64,000 nucleotides of DNA from an uncultured delta proteobacterium (GTDB lineage Bacteria; Desulfobacterota; RBG-13-43-22): contig CAWDKY010000017.1 of the NCBI GenBank assembly GCA_963802945.1, positions 320,001 to 384,000 of the forward strand, written 5' to 3'. The notes below the pieces were generated by a model that was not told the DNA's origin, searched no databases, and saw nothing but the letters and a program-made list of their open reading frames with translations. This document shows, piece after piece, positions 17,784-28,195 of this stretch (positions are counted from its first letter, which is position 1; each line of letters opens with the position of its first letter). Made by a program: the position numbers and the translations under genes.

Positions 17784-18017
17784 ATGAAAAAGATCGAAGT
17801 ACTTGGAATGGGTTGCGCCAATTGCACTAAGTTATATCAAAATGTATTGGCAGCGGTCAAGCTGAGCGGTAATGAGGTAGAAGTTGCCAAGATTGAGGAT
17901 ATTCAAAAAATCATGTCCTATGGGGTGATGTCCACACCGGCTTTGGTCGTGGATGGTGTCGTCAAAGCCGTAGGCAAAATTCCGAAACCGGAAGAAATAA
18001 AGGAATGGATTAAATAA
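17784..18017 (+). CDS. Small thioredoxin-family redox protein (MTH895-like)
   Basis: IEVLGMGCANC..YGVMSTPALVVDG. Confidence 0.88.
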   Translation: MKKIEVLGMGCANCTKLYQNVLAAVKLSGNEVEVAKIEDIQKIMSYGVMSTPALVVDGVVKAVGKIPKPEEIKEWIK

Positions 18018-18090
18018 AAATTGGATTATTTTTTATCTTAGCGTGGAATAAATCATTGCAAAAGATTCTGTATCTCTGAAGGAGGAAGAA

Positions 18091-19185
18091 ATGGAACAAG
18101 CCGTTGCTGTAAAGAAGTTATCTTTTCTGGATCGGTTTCTGACGCTGTGGATATTTTTGGCTATGTTTATTGGTGTAGGATCAGGATATCTCTATCCCAA
18201 AGTGGTTCATTTCTGGAATCTCTTCCAATATGACACTACAAATATCCCCATTGCCATCGGCCTAATCCTTATGATGTACCCTCCTTTAGCCAAGGTCAAG
18301 TATGAAGATCTGGGGGAAGTATTTAAAAATTATAAGGTACTTACGCTCTCTCTAGTCCAGAACTGGGTCATCGGCCCTATACTTATGTTCTTCCTGGCTA
18401 TTGTTTTTTTAGCTGGCTATCCTGAATACATGGTGGGCCTGATTATGATCGGCCTGGCCCGCTGCATCGCCATGGTCATCGTCTGGAATGAACTGGCCTC
18501 CGGGGACACCGAATACTGTGCCGGTCTGGTGGCCTTCAATTCCATCTTCCAGGTCCTTTTTTTCTCCCTCTATGCCTATATCTTTATCACCATCCTGCCG
18601 GGCTGGTTCGGCTTGAAAGGCACAGTAGTTGACATCTCCATCGGCCAGATCGCTAAAAGTGTATTTATCTATCTGGGCATCCCTTTTATCGCCGGGATCA
18701 TCACCCGATTCACCCTGATCAAAATCAAGGACAAGACCTGGTATCATGAAAAATTCATCCCCAAAATCAGCCCCATTACGCTGATCGCCCTGCTCTTTAC
18801 CATCATCGTCATGTTCTCCCTCAAGGGGGAATACATCGTCCAATTGCCCCTGGATGTGATGCGCATCGCCTTGCCCCTGGTCATTTATTTTGTGATCATG
18901 TTTTTCATTTCCTTTTATCTGTCCATAAAAGTCAAGGCAACTTACGAGCAGTCCGCCACCTTGAGTTTTACCGCTGCCTCTAATAATTTCGAGCTGGCCA
19001 TCGCCGTGGCCGTAGCAGTCTTTGGCATCAACTCCGGTGCGGCCTTTGCCGCCGTCATCGGCCCTCTGGTTGAAGTGCCGGTCCTGATCAGCCTGGTCAA
19101 TGTAGCCCTCTGGTTTAAGAAACAATATTTTCCCTATGCGCTGGAGACGCCCACCGGGGTGTGCCACGTCAGTTGTAAACCATGA
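18091..19185 (+). CDS. acr3: Acr3 arsenite efflux transporter
   Basis: [53 protein letters not shown]. Confidence 0.95.
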   Translation: MEQAVAVKKLSFLDRFLTLWIFLAMFIGVGSGYLYPKVVHFWNLFQYDTTNIPIAIGLILMMYPPLAKVKYEDLGEVFKNYKVLTLSLVQNWVIGPILMFFLAIVFLAGYPEYMVGLIMIGLARCIAMVIVWNELASGDTEYCAGLVAFNSIFQVLFFSLYAYIFITILPGWFGLKGTVVDISIGQIAKSVFIYLGIPFIAGIITRFTLIKIKDKTWYHEKFIPKISPITLIALLFTIIVMFSLKGEYIVQLPLDVMRIALPLVIYFVIMFFISFYLSIKVKATYEQSATLSFTAASNNFELAIAVAVAVFGINSGAAFAAVIGPLVEVPVLISLVNVALWFKKQYFPYALETPTGVCHVSCKP

Positions 19186-19254
19186 GGCAGAAGTTAGGCC
19201 GGAGGAAATAGGCGAGAGGGAAAGAACCTCAAAGAAAAAAGACAGGGTATTTTC

Positions 19255-19686
19255 GTGAAGGAAAAACCGAAAATTCTTTTTCTATGCACCGGCAATTCCT
19301 GCCGGAGTCAAATGGCCGAGGCCTGGGCTCGAGCACTGAAGGGGGATCAGTTGGAGCCTTTTTCGGCCGGGATTCGACCCAAAGGAGTGGATCCGAGAGC
19401 GGTTACGGTCATGGCGGAAACGGGTATTAATATTTCTCACCAAAAAGCCAAAGATATAAATTCACTTGGTGATATGGAATTTGATTTCGTGGTGACCTTG
19501 TGCGACAACGCCCGGGAGTCCTGCCCCTTCTTTCCGGCAAAAACGAAATTACTCCATAGGGGTTTTGAGGATCCTCCGGTCCTGGCTGCTCAGGCCAAAA
19601 GCAATGATGAGGCCATGATACCTTATCGTCGAGTGCGGGATGAGATCAGGGCCTTTGTGGAAACGCTTCCCGACTCCTTGAAATAA
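19255..19686 (+). CDS. arsC: Thioredoxin-coupled arsenate reductase (LMW-PTP fold)
   Basis: LCTGNSCRSQMAE, TLCD..ESCP, FEDP, VRDEI. Confidence 0.93.
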   Translation: MKEKPKILFLCTGNSCRSQMAEAWARALKGDQLEPFSAGIRPKGVDPRAVTVMAETGINISHQKAKDINSLGDMEFDFVVTLCDNARESCPFFPAKTKLLHRGFEDPPVLAAQAKSNDEAMIPYRRVRDEIRAFVETLPDSLK

Positions 19687-20238
19687 GGGGATCTTAGAAA
19701 TCGTTAATTATACTTCCGGTCTTCTTTGCAAACATCCTTATCTTTTGAAGGGTTAAAAGTCGAGCAGCCCGGTTTGTCGCTGAAGGTTCAAGCCGGACAA
19801 TAAGGGAAGGAAAGCCGAGTTTAATAAAACCGATAAGGGCTGATGAGAGAACGCTGAAACTCGCAATCCAGGTCACGAGCCCGCAACCTTCGAAAACGCA
19901 ACCGCTCCTTACGAACACTTGAACCCCTTCTTCCAGCATCGGATAAAGCGAGCCCGGGACGCTGACGTAAAAAAATAGATCGTACTGTCATCTCTTCCGT
20001 TCATACCGTTCTCCTCTCGTAGAATGAAAATAATTCTATAATCCCGAGTAAGTAATTCCAAATCTGAATTTTAAAGCGCTACTCGAAATCATGGACTGAA
20101 TGAACTATTTCGGAGTTTACAGATTCCTCTTTTTTTAGTAAGAGGATACAACATAGTAAAATTTCGGATTGTGGAATGGAGACAAGCCTGAGGGCCTATG
20201 GGAAATGATAAAGTCTGAGATTGTGAAATGAAGAGGCC

Positions 20239-22362
20239 ATGAGGAAAATCGATTATCAAAAAAATCTGAACAAGGCCCAACTGGAAGCGGTTTTCGCTGC
20301 CCGACGGCCCGACCTTGATTATCGCCGGGGCCGGAAGCGGGAAAACCCGAACCCTGGTTTATCGGGTGGCCTGGTTGGTTGAAAACGGGATTCCACCGGA
20401 AAGGATACTCCTTCTGACCTTCACCCGCAAGGCCTCCCAGGAGATGCTTCATCGGGTGGAAGCAAATGCTTAACCGATCCTGCCAGGAAGTGGCCGGGGG
20501 GACTTTCCATTCTCTGGCCTATAAAATTTTGAGGATTTACGGGGAGGCTATCGGTCTTAAAAAACCTTTGACCGTCTTGGATCGAAAAGACAGCGAAGAT
20601 CTTGTTGGCAAGATCATCAAAACCAAAAAATGGGAGAAAGAGAAGGATACCCCGGGCAAAAAAGAATTTATGGAACTGCTTAGCCGTTTGGTCAACCGGG
20701 GGCAAACCTTCGAAGATGGACTCTCCAATTTTTATTTCGAGAATGGGACTTCTCGATCGCCAAGCTCAAGGAAATACACACAGACTATGAAGATTTTAAA
20801 AGACAGCACGGCCTGTTGGATTATGACGACCTTTTAACCCAATGCCTGCTTCTTTTCCGACAGGAATCCAGGGTAGTCCGGAAATTATCCTCTTTTTATC
20901 AGTATGTCCTGGTGGATGAATATCAGGATACCAACCTGCTTCAGGCCGAAATGGTCCGTCACCTGGCCCAGGGGAACATTATGGTGGTGGGTGACGATTC
21001 CCAATCCATCTACGGATTTCGCGGCGCTCACTTTAAAAATATCTTCGATTTTCCCAACCAATTTCCCGGGACCCGGGTGATCAAGCTGGAAGAAAATTTT
21101 AGAAGTTCTCAGCCGATTCTGAACCTGGCCAACCGGATGATCAGTTCTTCCAAGGAACAATACAGCAAATGTCTCTTTTCCCGTTTTAAAAAAGGGGAGC
21201 CTCCTTACTGTATCGAACTGCCTTACGAAGAAGCCCAGTCTCAATTTGTCTCCCAGCAACTTCAGGAATTTCATGACCAGGGGATCCCCTGGCCGGAAAT
21301 GGCCGTTCTTTTTCGGGCCGGTCACCATTCATTCAATCTGGAGGTTTTTCTCCAAAAGGAGGGCATTCCTTTCAAGAAATACGGGGGACGTCGTTTTATC
21401 GAAGGGGCGCATATTAAAGATTTTTTGTCCTATTTAAAAGTGGTCCATAACCCCAGGGATGTTCTGGCCTGGGAAAGGATTTTGAAACTTCTGGAAGGCC
21501 TGGGTCCCAAAAGGGCTCAGGAGATCATAAGACAAGTGATGGGTTGTTCGGACTGGGGAGCAAGGCTGACCTGTCTTTCGAGCTATCCCCGTTTGAAATC
21601 CCAGCTTAAGGATTTTTCCGCTTTGTTTCAGGGATTGGTCGAGCAACCTCTATTGACCCCGACTCAGGCCTTGGAGTCGATCTGGGAGTATTATAAAAAT
21701 CTTCTGCCCGGCCTGTACGAAGAACCCCAGCGAAGAGAAAAAGAGATCGAAGAAATTATTCGACTCAGTTATAATTATTCCGAGACGGAGGCCTTGCTGG
21801 GGGATTTGAGCCTGGAGGTCTATGAAGAGCCGGAAGATCGGGAAGAAGATTGCTTGACCCTGTCCACAGTTCATTCGGCCAAGGGTCTGGAGTGGAGGAT
21901 CGTCTTTATCATTTGGCTTACGGAAGGCCGGTTTCCTTCATCCCAGTCCATGATGGACCCCGAGGAAATGGAAGAAGAAAGACGTTTACTCTATGTGGCC
22001 ATCACCCGGGCCAAGGAGAGACTTTTTTTGACTTACCCTCAGGCCCTTTCTTATAGAGGCGGAGGCTGGCAGAAGAATGACCTGTGTCATTTTATCGCCG
22101 ATATTCCCGAAGATCTGCTGCCGAGAAAGGGGGAGGCCGGTTCTTAATCATTCAAACGAGAGTTATTCGCCTCAGGTTAGTGAAATTTCCCAAAGAAAAT
22201 GATGACGGTTTTTCAATGGGGACGAAAGTCTTTCATCCCATCTTCGGCAACGGGGTAATCCAAGAGCCTCCGAAAGAGAGAAAGGTCCGGGTTCTTTTTA
22301 AACGCTATGGGTCCAAGGTGTTGCACCTGGATTATGCCCGTTTGGAAAAGGGGGATGCCTGA
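20239..22362 (+). CDS. UvrD/PcrA-family DNA helicase, split by about 4 apparent frameshifts
   Basis: [79 protein letters not shown]-terminal VFHPIFGNG domain, spread over different frames. Confidence 0.88.
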
Positions 22363-22363
22363 T

Positions 22364-23827
22364 ATGGCGGGCCTTCCTTTTGAACGGTTAAGCTATGACC
22401 AAGGCTATGATCAAGCCCTGTCCCACTTGTATCATTTACAAAAATTTGGGATCAAATTCGGTCTGTCCAAAACCGAAAATTTACTTAAGGCCTTTAATAA
22501 TCCTCATCAGGCGCTGAACTGTATTCATATCGCCGGTACCAACGGCAAGGGTTCGGTTGCAGCCATGTTGTCATCCATTTACAGCCTTGCCGGTTATAAA
22601 GTCGGATTGTTTACTTCCCCTCATCTGGTTGATTTTCGGGAACGTTTTCAGATCAACGGCCGGATGATCTCCAAGGCCCAAACCCTTAAGCTGATCAGGG
22701 AGATCAAAGAAAAGGTCAAGGCTGAAGAACCTCCTACTTTTTTTGAGTTCGTAACGGCCATGGCCCTGATCTATTTTTTTCGGTGAAAGAGTTGATCTGG
22801 CTGTTATGGAAACAGGTCTGGGGGGAAGATTGGACGCCACGAATATTATAAAACCCCTGATAACGGTCATCACCAACATCTCGTTGGAGCATCAGGACCA
22901 TCTGGGAAGGACCCTTGAAAAAATTGCCCAGGAAAAGGCCGGAATCATTAAATCGGGAGTGCCTTTGGTAACCGGTATCGGACAAAAAAAAATCCAGGAA
23001 CAGATCGAAAGTATTTGCCGGGAAAGACAGGCCCCGATGGTTTTGGCCGGCCGGGATTTCAGGGCGAGAAAAGTGAAGCAACGGGATCTTTAATTATTTT
23101 GGAATACCGACAGATCGGTTCGGAGTTCGAAGTTCGGAGTTTGGAGTGGGAAAGGATACAAGGAACAAAAGGAATAATGCAAAAAAGACAAAAGACGAAG
23201 GACGAGGGACGATGAAACAGTTATCGGTTGCTCCGCAATCCGCGATCCGCCAATCCCCAATTAAAAGGGCTTCATTTGGCTCTGCTGGGTGATCATCAGA
23301 TCAAAAACGCCGGATTGGCGTTGGCCGTGGTTGAATTGTTGCAGGAAAAATACCCTGTCCCGGATGGAAAAATAAGGGCAGGTCTGAACAAGGTGACCTG
23401 GCCGGGAAGGATGGAGGTGTTGTCCGAAAGACCATGGATCGTCCTGGATGGGGCCCATAACCCTGGGGCCATGAGAGCCTTGGCCGAAGCCCTTTCCAAG
23501 GTCTTTTCTTTTAAAAAATTATTAATAGTTTTCGGCATGATGAAGGATAAGAACATCAAACAAACCCTGAATTGTTTAATCCCCCTGGCCGACCAGCTTA
23601 TTTTGACCCGGGCCGAATATGACCGTTCGGCTGACCCGGAATATTTAAAGCGAATTATCAAAGGTAATCGAAGGCGCACGCTTGTTGTTCCTGACATCCC
23701 TTTGGCCGTAGCCCAGGCTCTGCAAGAGGCCGGCCCGGAGGATTTAATACTCATTACCGGGTCGCTTTTTGTGGTTGGTGAGGCCCGGGCCTGGTGGGAG
23801 AGAAGCGGGCGATCCTTTAAACCATAA
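22364..23827 (+). CDS. folC: Folylpolyglutamate synthase / dihydrofolate synthase, apparent frameshifts and a repeat-derived insertion
   Basis: HIAGTNGKGS, FTSPHL, TFFE, ETGLGGRLDATN, EKAGIIK, WPGRME, LDGAHN, TGSLFVVG. Confidence 0.9.
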
Positions 23828-23940
23828 TCTTATTTGAGTATTGACAAGGGGCTTAAGTTATGTAATTAATAATATTAGATTCCGGTTTTCAGCGGAATAT
23901 TAAACAAGAAGAATCCGACTTTTTTTCGGATAAATAAACC

Positions 23941-25647
23941 ATGCAAAAAGAAAAAAAGAGATTAGGGGATATCTTAATCCAGGCCGGCATGATTACTCCG
24001 GATCAGTTGACTGTGGCCATAGAAGCCCAAAAAGGGACCAAAGAGCGGTTGGGGAAGTCCTTGATCCGCTTAGGCTTCATCACCGAAGAAAACTTAATTA
24101 AAACACTGGCCCATCAGCTCAAGCTCAATTATGTCAACCTCAAAGAGGAAAAAATAGACCGTTCGTTGGCCAAGCTAATCCCCGAAAAGGTGGCCAGAAG
24201 ACATTTAGTGGTCCCTTTGGCCCAGATGGGCCAAGTCCTCATGGTGGCCATGGCCGATCCTTTAAATATCTTTGCCCTGGATGACCTGGCTTTTAAAACC
24301 GGTTTGGAGATTGAGCCGGTGATTGCTTCTGAACAAGATATTCTTACTGCCTTGGAAACACTCTATGAGACCTCTTTGATGGACAAGATCGAAACGGCCC
24401 CTGAAGATTTACAAATCTATGCCGATGAAGAGGAGTCAACCGAAACAGGAGGTGAAGAGGGGGCCATTATTGATGAAGGCCCGATCAGTCAATTAGTCAA
24501 TTTAATTATCTCTGAAGCGATTAAAGAACGAGCCAGCGACATCCATTTAGAGCCGGACGAGAGGGCCTTGCGGATTCGGTACCGCGTCGATGGTATTTTA
24601 AAGGAAACCTCCTCTTTGGGACCTAAATTTATTGCCCCCGTCATTTCCCGAATCAAGATCATGAGTAAAATGGATATCTCCGAAAAGCGTTTTCCGCAAG
24701 ACGGTCGCTTTAAGTTCACCATGGATAACCAGGTGATCGATTCCCGGGTTTCGACCTTCCCGACTATTTATGGGGAAAATGTGGTCATGCGAATCCTGGA
24801 TCAATCCAGCATTATCATTAGTCTTGAAGACCTGGGTTTTCTCCCTCGGGACATGGAAAAGGTCAGGTATTTGATTCAAAAACCCTATGGATTTATTTTA
24901 GTTACCGGACCAACCGGCAGCGGCAAGACCACTACTTTATATGCTGTTTTAAATACCATTAACTCGCCGGAAAAACATTTTGTTACCCTTGAGGATCCGG
25001 TGGAGTACCGTTTGGATATGATTCGTCAGTGCCAAATCAACATCAAGGCCGGGCTGACCTTTGCCGCAGGTTTACGTTCCATCCTCAGGCAAGATCCGGA
25101 CGCGATCATGGTGGGAGAGATCCGGGATTTTGAAACAGCGGAAATCGCCATTCAATCCGCCCTGACCGGCCACTTGGTCCTTTCAACCCTCCACACCAAC
25201 GATGCCCCCAGTTCCTTGATTCGGTTAGCCGATATGGGAGTGGATGCCTTCTTGATCTCCTCTTCCGTGGAAGGGGTCATTGCCCAACGATTAGTACGGC
25301 TCATTTGTTCCCGCTGCAAAGAACCCTACACCGCTTCTGAAGCGGAGCTCAAAGAATTAAGACTTTCAACCGATCAAGAGGTAGTCTTGCATCGAGGAAA
25401 GGGGTGTTCCTTCTGTAAAGGATCCGGCTATAAGGGCCGGCTGGGGATTTTTGAAATTTTAGTAGTGGACAAAGAGCTGAAAGAGATGATCATTCAGAAA
25501 GCAAACCAACGCGAAATCGAAGAGTATGCCCGCCTGAAACAAGAGATGAAGTCCTTACGGGAAGACGGGATCACCAAAGTGTTGGCCGGGATCACTACGG
25601 TGGAGGAACTTAACCGGGTGACCCCCAAGGAAGCAACGTATGTCTGA
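23941..25647 (+). CDS. mshE: Type IV pilus extension ATPase (PilB/MshE) with N-terminal MshEN c-di-GMP-binding motifs
   Basis: Tandem RLGDILIQAG..Q / RLGKSLIRLG..Q, ASDIHLEP, GPTGSGKTTT, LRQDPD, CSRC..CSFC. Confidence 0.9.
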   Translation: MQKEKKRLGDILIQAGMITPDQLTVAIEAQKGTKERLGKSLIRLGFITEENLIKTLAHQLKLNYVNLKEEKIDRSLAKLIPEKVARRHLVVPLAQMGQVLMVAMADPLNIFALDDLAFKTGLEIEPVIASEQDILTALETLYETSLMDKIETAPEDLQIYADEEESTETGGEEGAIIDEGPISQLVNLIISEAIKERASDIHLEPDERALRIRYRVDGILKETSSLGPKFIAPVISRIKIMSKMDISEKRFPQDGRFKFTMDNQVIDSRVSTFPTIYGENVVMRILDQSSIIISLEDLGFLPRDMEKVRYLIQKPYGFILVTGPTGSGKTTTLYAVLNTINSPEKHFVTLEDPVEYRLDMIRQCQINIKAGLTFAAGLRSILRQDPDAIMVGEIRDFETAEIAIQSALTGHLVLSTLHTNDAPSSLIRLADMGVDAFLISSSVEGVIAQRLVRLICSRCKEPYTASEAELKELRLSTDQEVVLHRGKGCSFCKGSGYKGRLGIFEILVVDKELKEMIIQKANQREIEEYARLKQEMKSLREDGITKVLAGITTVEELNRVTPKEATYV

Positions 25648-25844
25648 CCAGCCGAGGAAAATGGGTCTCGCCTCAAAGGGGTGGGAGTGAGCCGAGATGT
25701 GGGGCGAACAAAAAAGACCATCTGCAAAGCATAAAAAAGGATTCAAGGAATCCCGGGGTCAAGGACCGCAGGGCGGAGTGAAAGGCTTAGAAATTAAAAC
25801 CCTTGAACCCTCGAATCCTGGAATCCTCGAACCCTATTTTCGTT

Positions 25845-26273
25845 TTAAATATTTTTCAGGCAAACGCCCTTTTCTTCCTGGATGTGTTCCAGGACCTTGG
25901 TCATATGGGTTTCATCTTGAAATTCTTCGAAGTGTTTTAAGAAAAGGGGCTTTACTTTTGGATAGTCCGATTCCTGAAAAAAACGGGTTACGGGGACGAG
26001 GACACCCTCATTTTTCAGAAAGAAATAAAGGGTAATTTTGTGAACCGGAATCCACTCAACATGGACAAGGCTGGCCTGTTTTCTTTCGAATTCTTTTTGA
26101 GGTATCCAAAGATAAATGTCCTCTTCCGAGACGGTTACTTCATATTGGTTGGAAATATAATACTTCCATAAATCAAACTCTTGATAAGGGATGAACCGGG
26201 CTTCGGCTTTTTTCTTGGCGCCCTTTTTCTTGGAAAGAAGACATTGGACCAATTTGATAGCATCTTTCGTCAT
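25845..26273 (-). CDS. Hypothetical protein, antisense within the pilus locus
   Basis: 142-aa ORF with strong RBS AAGGAGG; no motif recognised. Confidence 0.7.
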   Translation of the reverse strand: MTKDAIKLVQCLLSKKKGAKKKAEARFIPYQEFDLWKYYISNQYEVTVSEEDIYLWIPQKEFERKQASLVHVEWIPVHKITLYFFLKNEGVLVPVTRFFQESDYPKVKPLFLKHFEEFQDETHMTKVLEHIQEEKGVCLKNI

Positions 26274-26351
26274 AAGGCATCCTCCTTATTAAGACTTATT
26301 TAACACATCTTAATAGTTTAAATCAAGGATTTATTTGGTAGAGGCCGAGCA

Positions 26352-27620
26352 ATGCCCCAATTCTTTTATAAAGCCAGAGATCGAGGGGGGAAACTCATTA
26401 CCGGGCAGATGGAAGGTCCTAACCGGGCCGATATCGCCAGCCAGATCGGGGGCATGGGATATATCCCGGTACAAATACAGGCCACGGCAGGAAAAGCAGT
26501 CCCGAGCTCAGCAGGACCGAAGGAAGCGGCGGGTTTGGGAAAAGAAATATCCTTTGCTTTTTTGGATAAATTCAAAAAGGTTAAGCCCAAAGAACTTTTG
26601 TTTTTCACCAGCCAATTGGCAACGGTAATGCGGGCCGGTATCCCCATTACCACCGGCCTCTCCATTCTTGCCGAACAAAGTAAAAACCCTCTGTTGAGAG
26701 ATGCCCTCCTGGATGTTTTGGAACGGGTAAAGGAGGGAGACCCTTTATCCGTCGCCCTCTCTCGCTATCCTAAAATATTTTCAGTTATTTATATACACAT
26801 GGTTCAGGCCGGAGAAGCTTCCGGAAAGCTGGATGAAGTCCTGAACCGGATCGTTTTCTTTTTAGAAAACGAAATAGAGACTAAGGCCCGTATTAAAGCG
26901 GCCACCCGATATCCCAAGATAGTCATAGGAGGCCTGATCGGGGCCTTTTTCTTTGCCGTTTATTTCATCATTCCTAAATTTTCCATTATGTTTAAAGGGT
27001 TTAAGACCACGCTGCCCCTGCCCACCCGCATGATGCTGGTCATGAATTATTATTTTTCCACTTACTGGTATCTGATTTTTGGGGTGATTATCGGGGTAAT
27101 CGCCGGATTCCAATGGTTTATTCGAACCGAAGCCGGTAGATTAGTTTTCGATCGATTCAAAATTCAGATGCCGATCATCGGACCTCTTAATACTAAGATT
27201 GCCATGTCCCGATTTACCCGGATGTTTGTAACCTTAAACCGCAGCGGTCTTCCGATGCTGGAGACCCTGGCTATTTCCGCTTCTACGGTGGGAAATGTTT
27301 TTATCTCCAATATTATTATGACCATTCAACAATCGGTCAAGGAAGGGGGGACTTTATCGGAGAAAATGAAAGACAAATCCATATTCCCTCCTTTGGTTTA
27401 CCAGATGTTTTCTGTGGGGGAGTCCTCCGGCACCCTGGATGAGATTGTGGAAAAGGTCTCTGAATTTTATGATAAGGAAGTGGATACGGCCATCAAAACT
27501 TTCTCTTCCCTGATCGAACCCTTTATCATTGTTCTCATGGGAGGCATGCTTGCTTTCCTGGCCTTGGCCGTTTTCATGCCCATGTGGGACATGGGCAAAA
27601 TGGTCAAAGGTGGGGGATAG
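26352..27620 (+). CDS. pilC: Type IV pilus platform protein (PilC/MshG/GspF)
   Basis: MPQFFYKARD, FTSQLATV..AGIP, AGEASGKL, VGESSGTL, LIEP. Confidence 0.93.
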   Translation: MPQFFYKARDRGGKLITGQMEGPNRADIASQIGGMGYIPVQIQATAGKAVPSSAGPKEAAGLGKEISFAFLDKFKKVKPKELLFFTSQLATVMRAGIPITTGLSILAEQSKNPLLRDALLDVLERVKEGDPLSVALSRYPKIFSVIYIHMVQAGEASGKLDEVLNRIVFFLENEIETKARIKAATRYPKIVIGGLIGAFFFAVYFIIPKFSIMFKGFKTTLPLPTRMMLVMNYYFSTYWYLIFGVIIGVIAGFQWFIRTEAGRLVFDRFKIQMPIIGPLNTKIAMSRFTRMFVTLNRSGLPMLETLAISASTVGNVFISNIIMTIQQSVKEGGTLSEKMKDKSIFPPLVYQMFSVGESSGTLDEIVEKVSEFYDKEVDTAIKTFSSLIEPFIIVLMGGMLAFLALAVFMPMWDMGKMVKGGG

Positions 27621-27785
27621 GGGGGGATCTTTTTTACTTGAATTAATTATTGGATGTGTTATAAGCATCGACTAATGATATTATTTGAAACGTAGGATCA
27701 ATCTGTTTGCGGGAAGTTATTATACAATATAAGAATCGGCATCAAAAATTATTCATTGTCATGTTAGGCGAAAGGAGGTGAAAAA

Positions 27786-28139
27786 ATGATTAAAAATCAA
27801 AAAGGTTTTACCATGATCGAATTGATCATCGTCATTGTCATCATCGGCATCTTGGCCGCCGTAGCTATTCCAAGATACATCGACATGACTGCTAAGGCCA
27901 ATGCAGCCGCTGCCAACGGGATGACCGGTGGCTTGAAGGCCGCTGCAGCTATTGCCTATGCCGATTACGTAGTTAACAGTACCGCCACCTCGGGCCTTAC
28001 CCCGACCGTCGTGCTTACCTATATGTCTGATACCGGCGGGGCGGTGGCAAATGCGACCGGTTTTGCAGCGACCATCGGCAGCACAATCTATACCTGGGCA
28101 TTTACTAACCCGAATCAGGTTTCCACCCATACCCCCTAA
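27786..28139 (+). CDS. Major type IV pilin (MshA-like)
   Basis: NQKG|FTMIELIIVIVIIGILAAVAIPRY; strong RBS; followed by a terminator. Confidence 0.9.
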   Translation: MIKNQKGFTMIELIIVIVIIGILAAVAIPRYIDMTAKANAAAANGMTGGLKAAAAIAYADYVVNSTATSGLTPTVVLTYMSDTGGAVANATGFAATIGSTIYTWAFTNPNQVSTHTP

Positions 28140-28159
28140 CTTATTTTAGAGGAGTATCT

Positions 28160-28195
28160 AAAAGGGCCGTACCCTCTTCTTGCGGCCCTTTTTTT
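28160..28195 (+). terminator. Rho-independent terminator after the pilin gene
   Basis: AAAAGGGCCG(T)...(T)GCGGCCCTTTTTTT. Confidence 0.8.

Noticed and set aside
18409-19167. 252-aa minus-strand ORF and similar long overlapping ORFs elsewhere
   Set aside because: Antisense shadows of well-supported genes (here acr3)
10423-19185. TGA stops of the FmdB, CoA-disulfide reductase and Acr3 genes as Sec read-through
   Set aside because: The proteins are already complete, and downstream frames close quickly or lack a hairpin and recognisable sequence
19694-20010. Possible ncRNA or gene between arsC and the helicase
   Set aside because: An RBS and ATG exist on the minus strand near 20004 but the frame breaks quickly; no recognisable RNA family; probably a decayed fragment
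27786-28139. Major pilin as an electrically conductive e-pilin
   Set aside because: About 9 F/Y/W in about 110 mature residues, with long aromatic-free gaps; not the short Geobacter-type pilin
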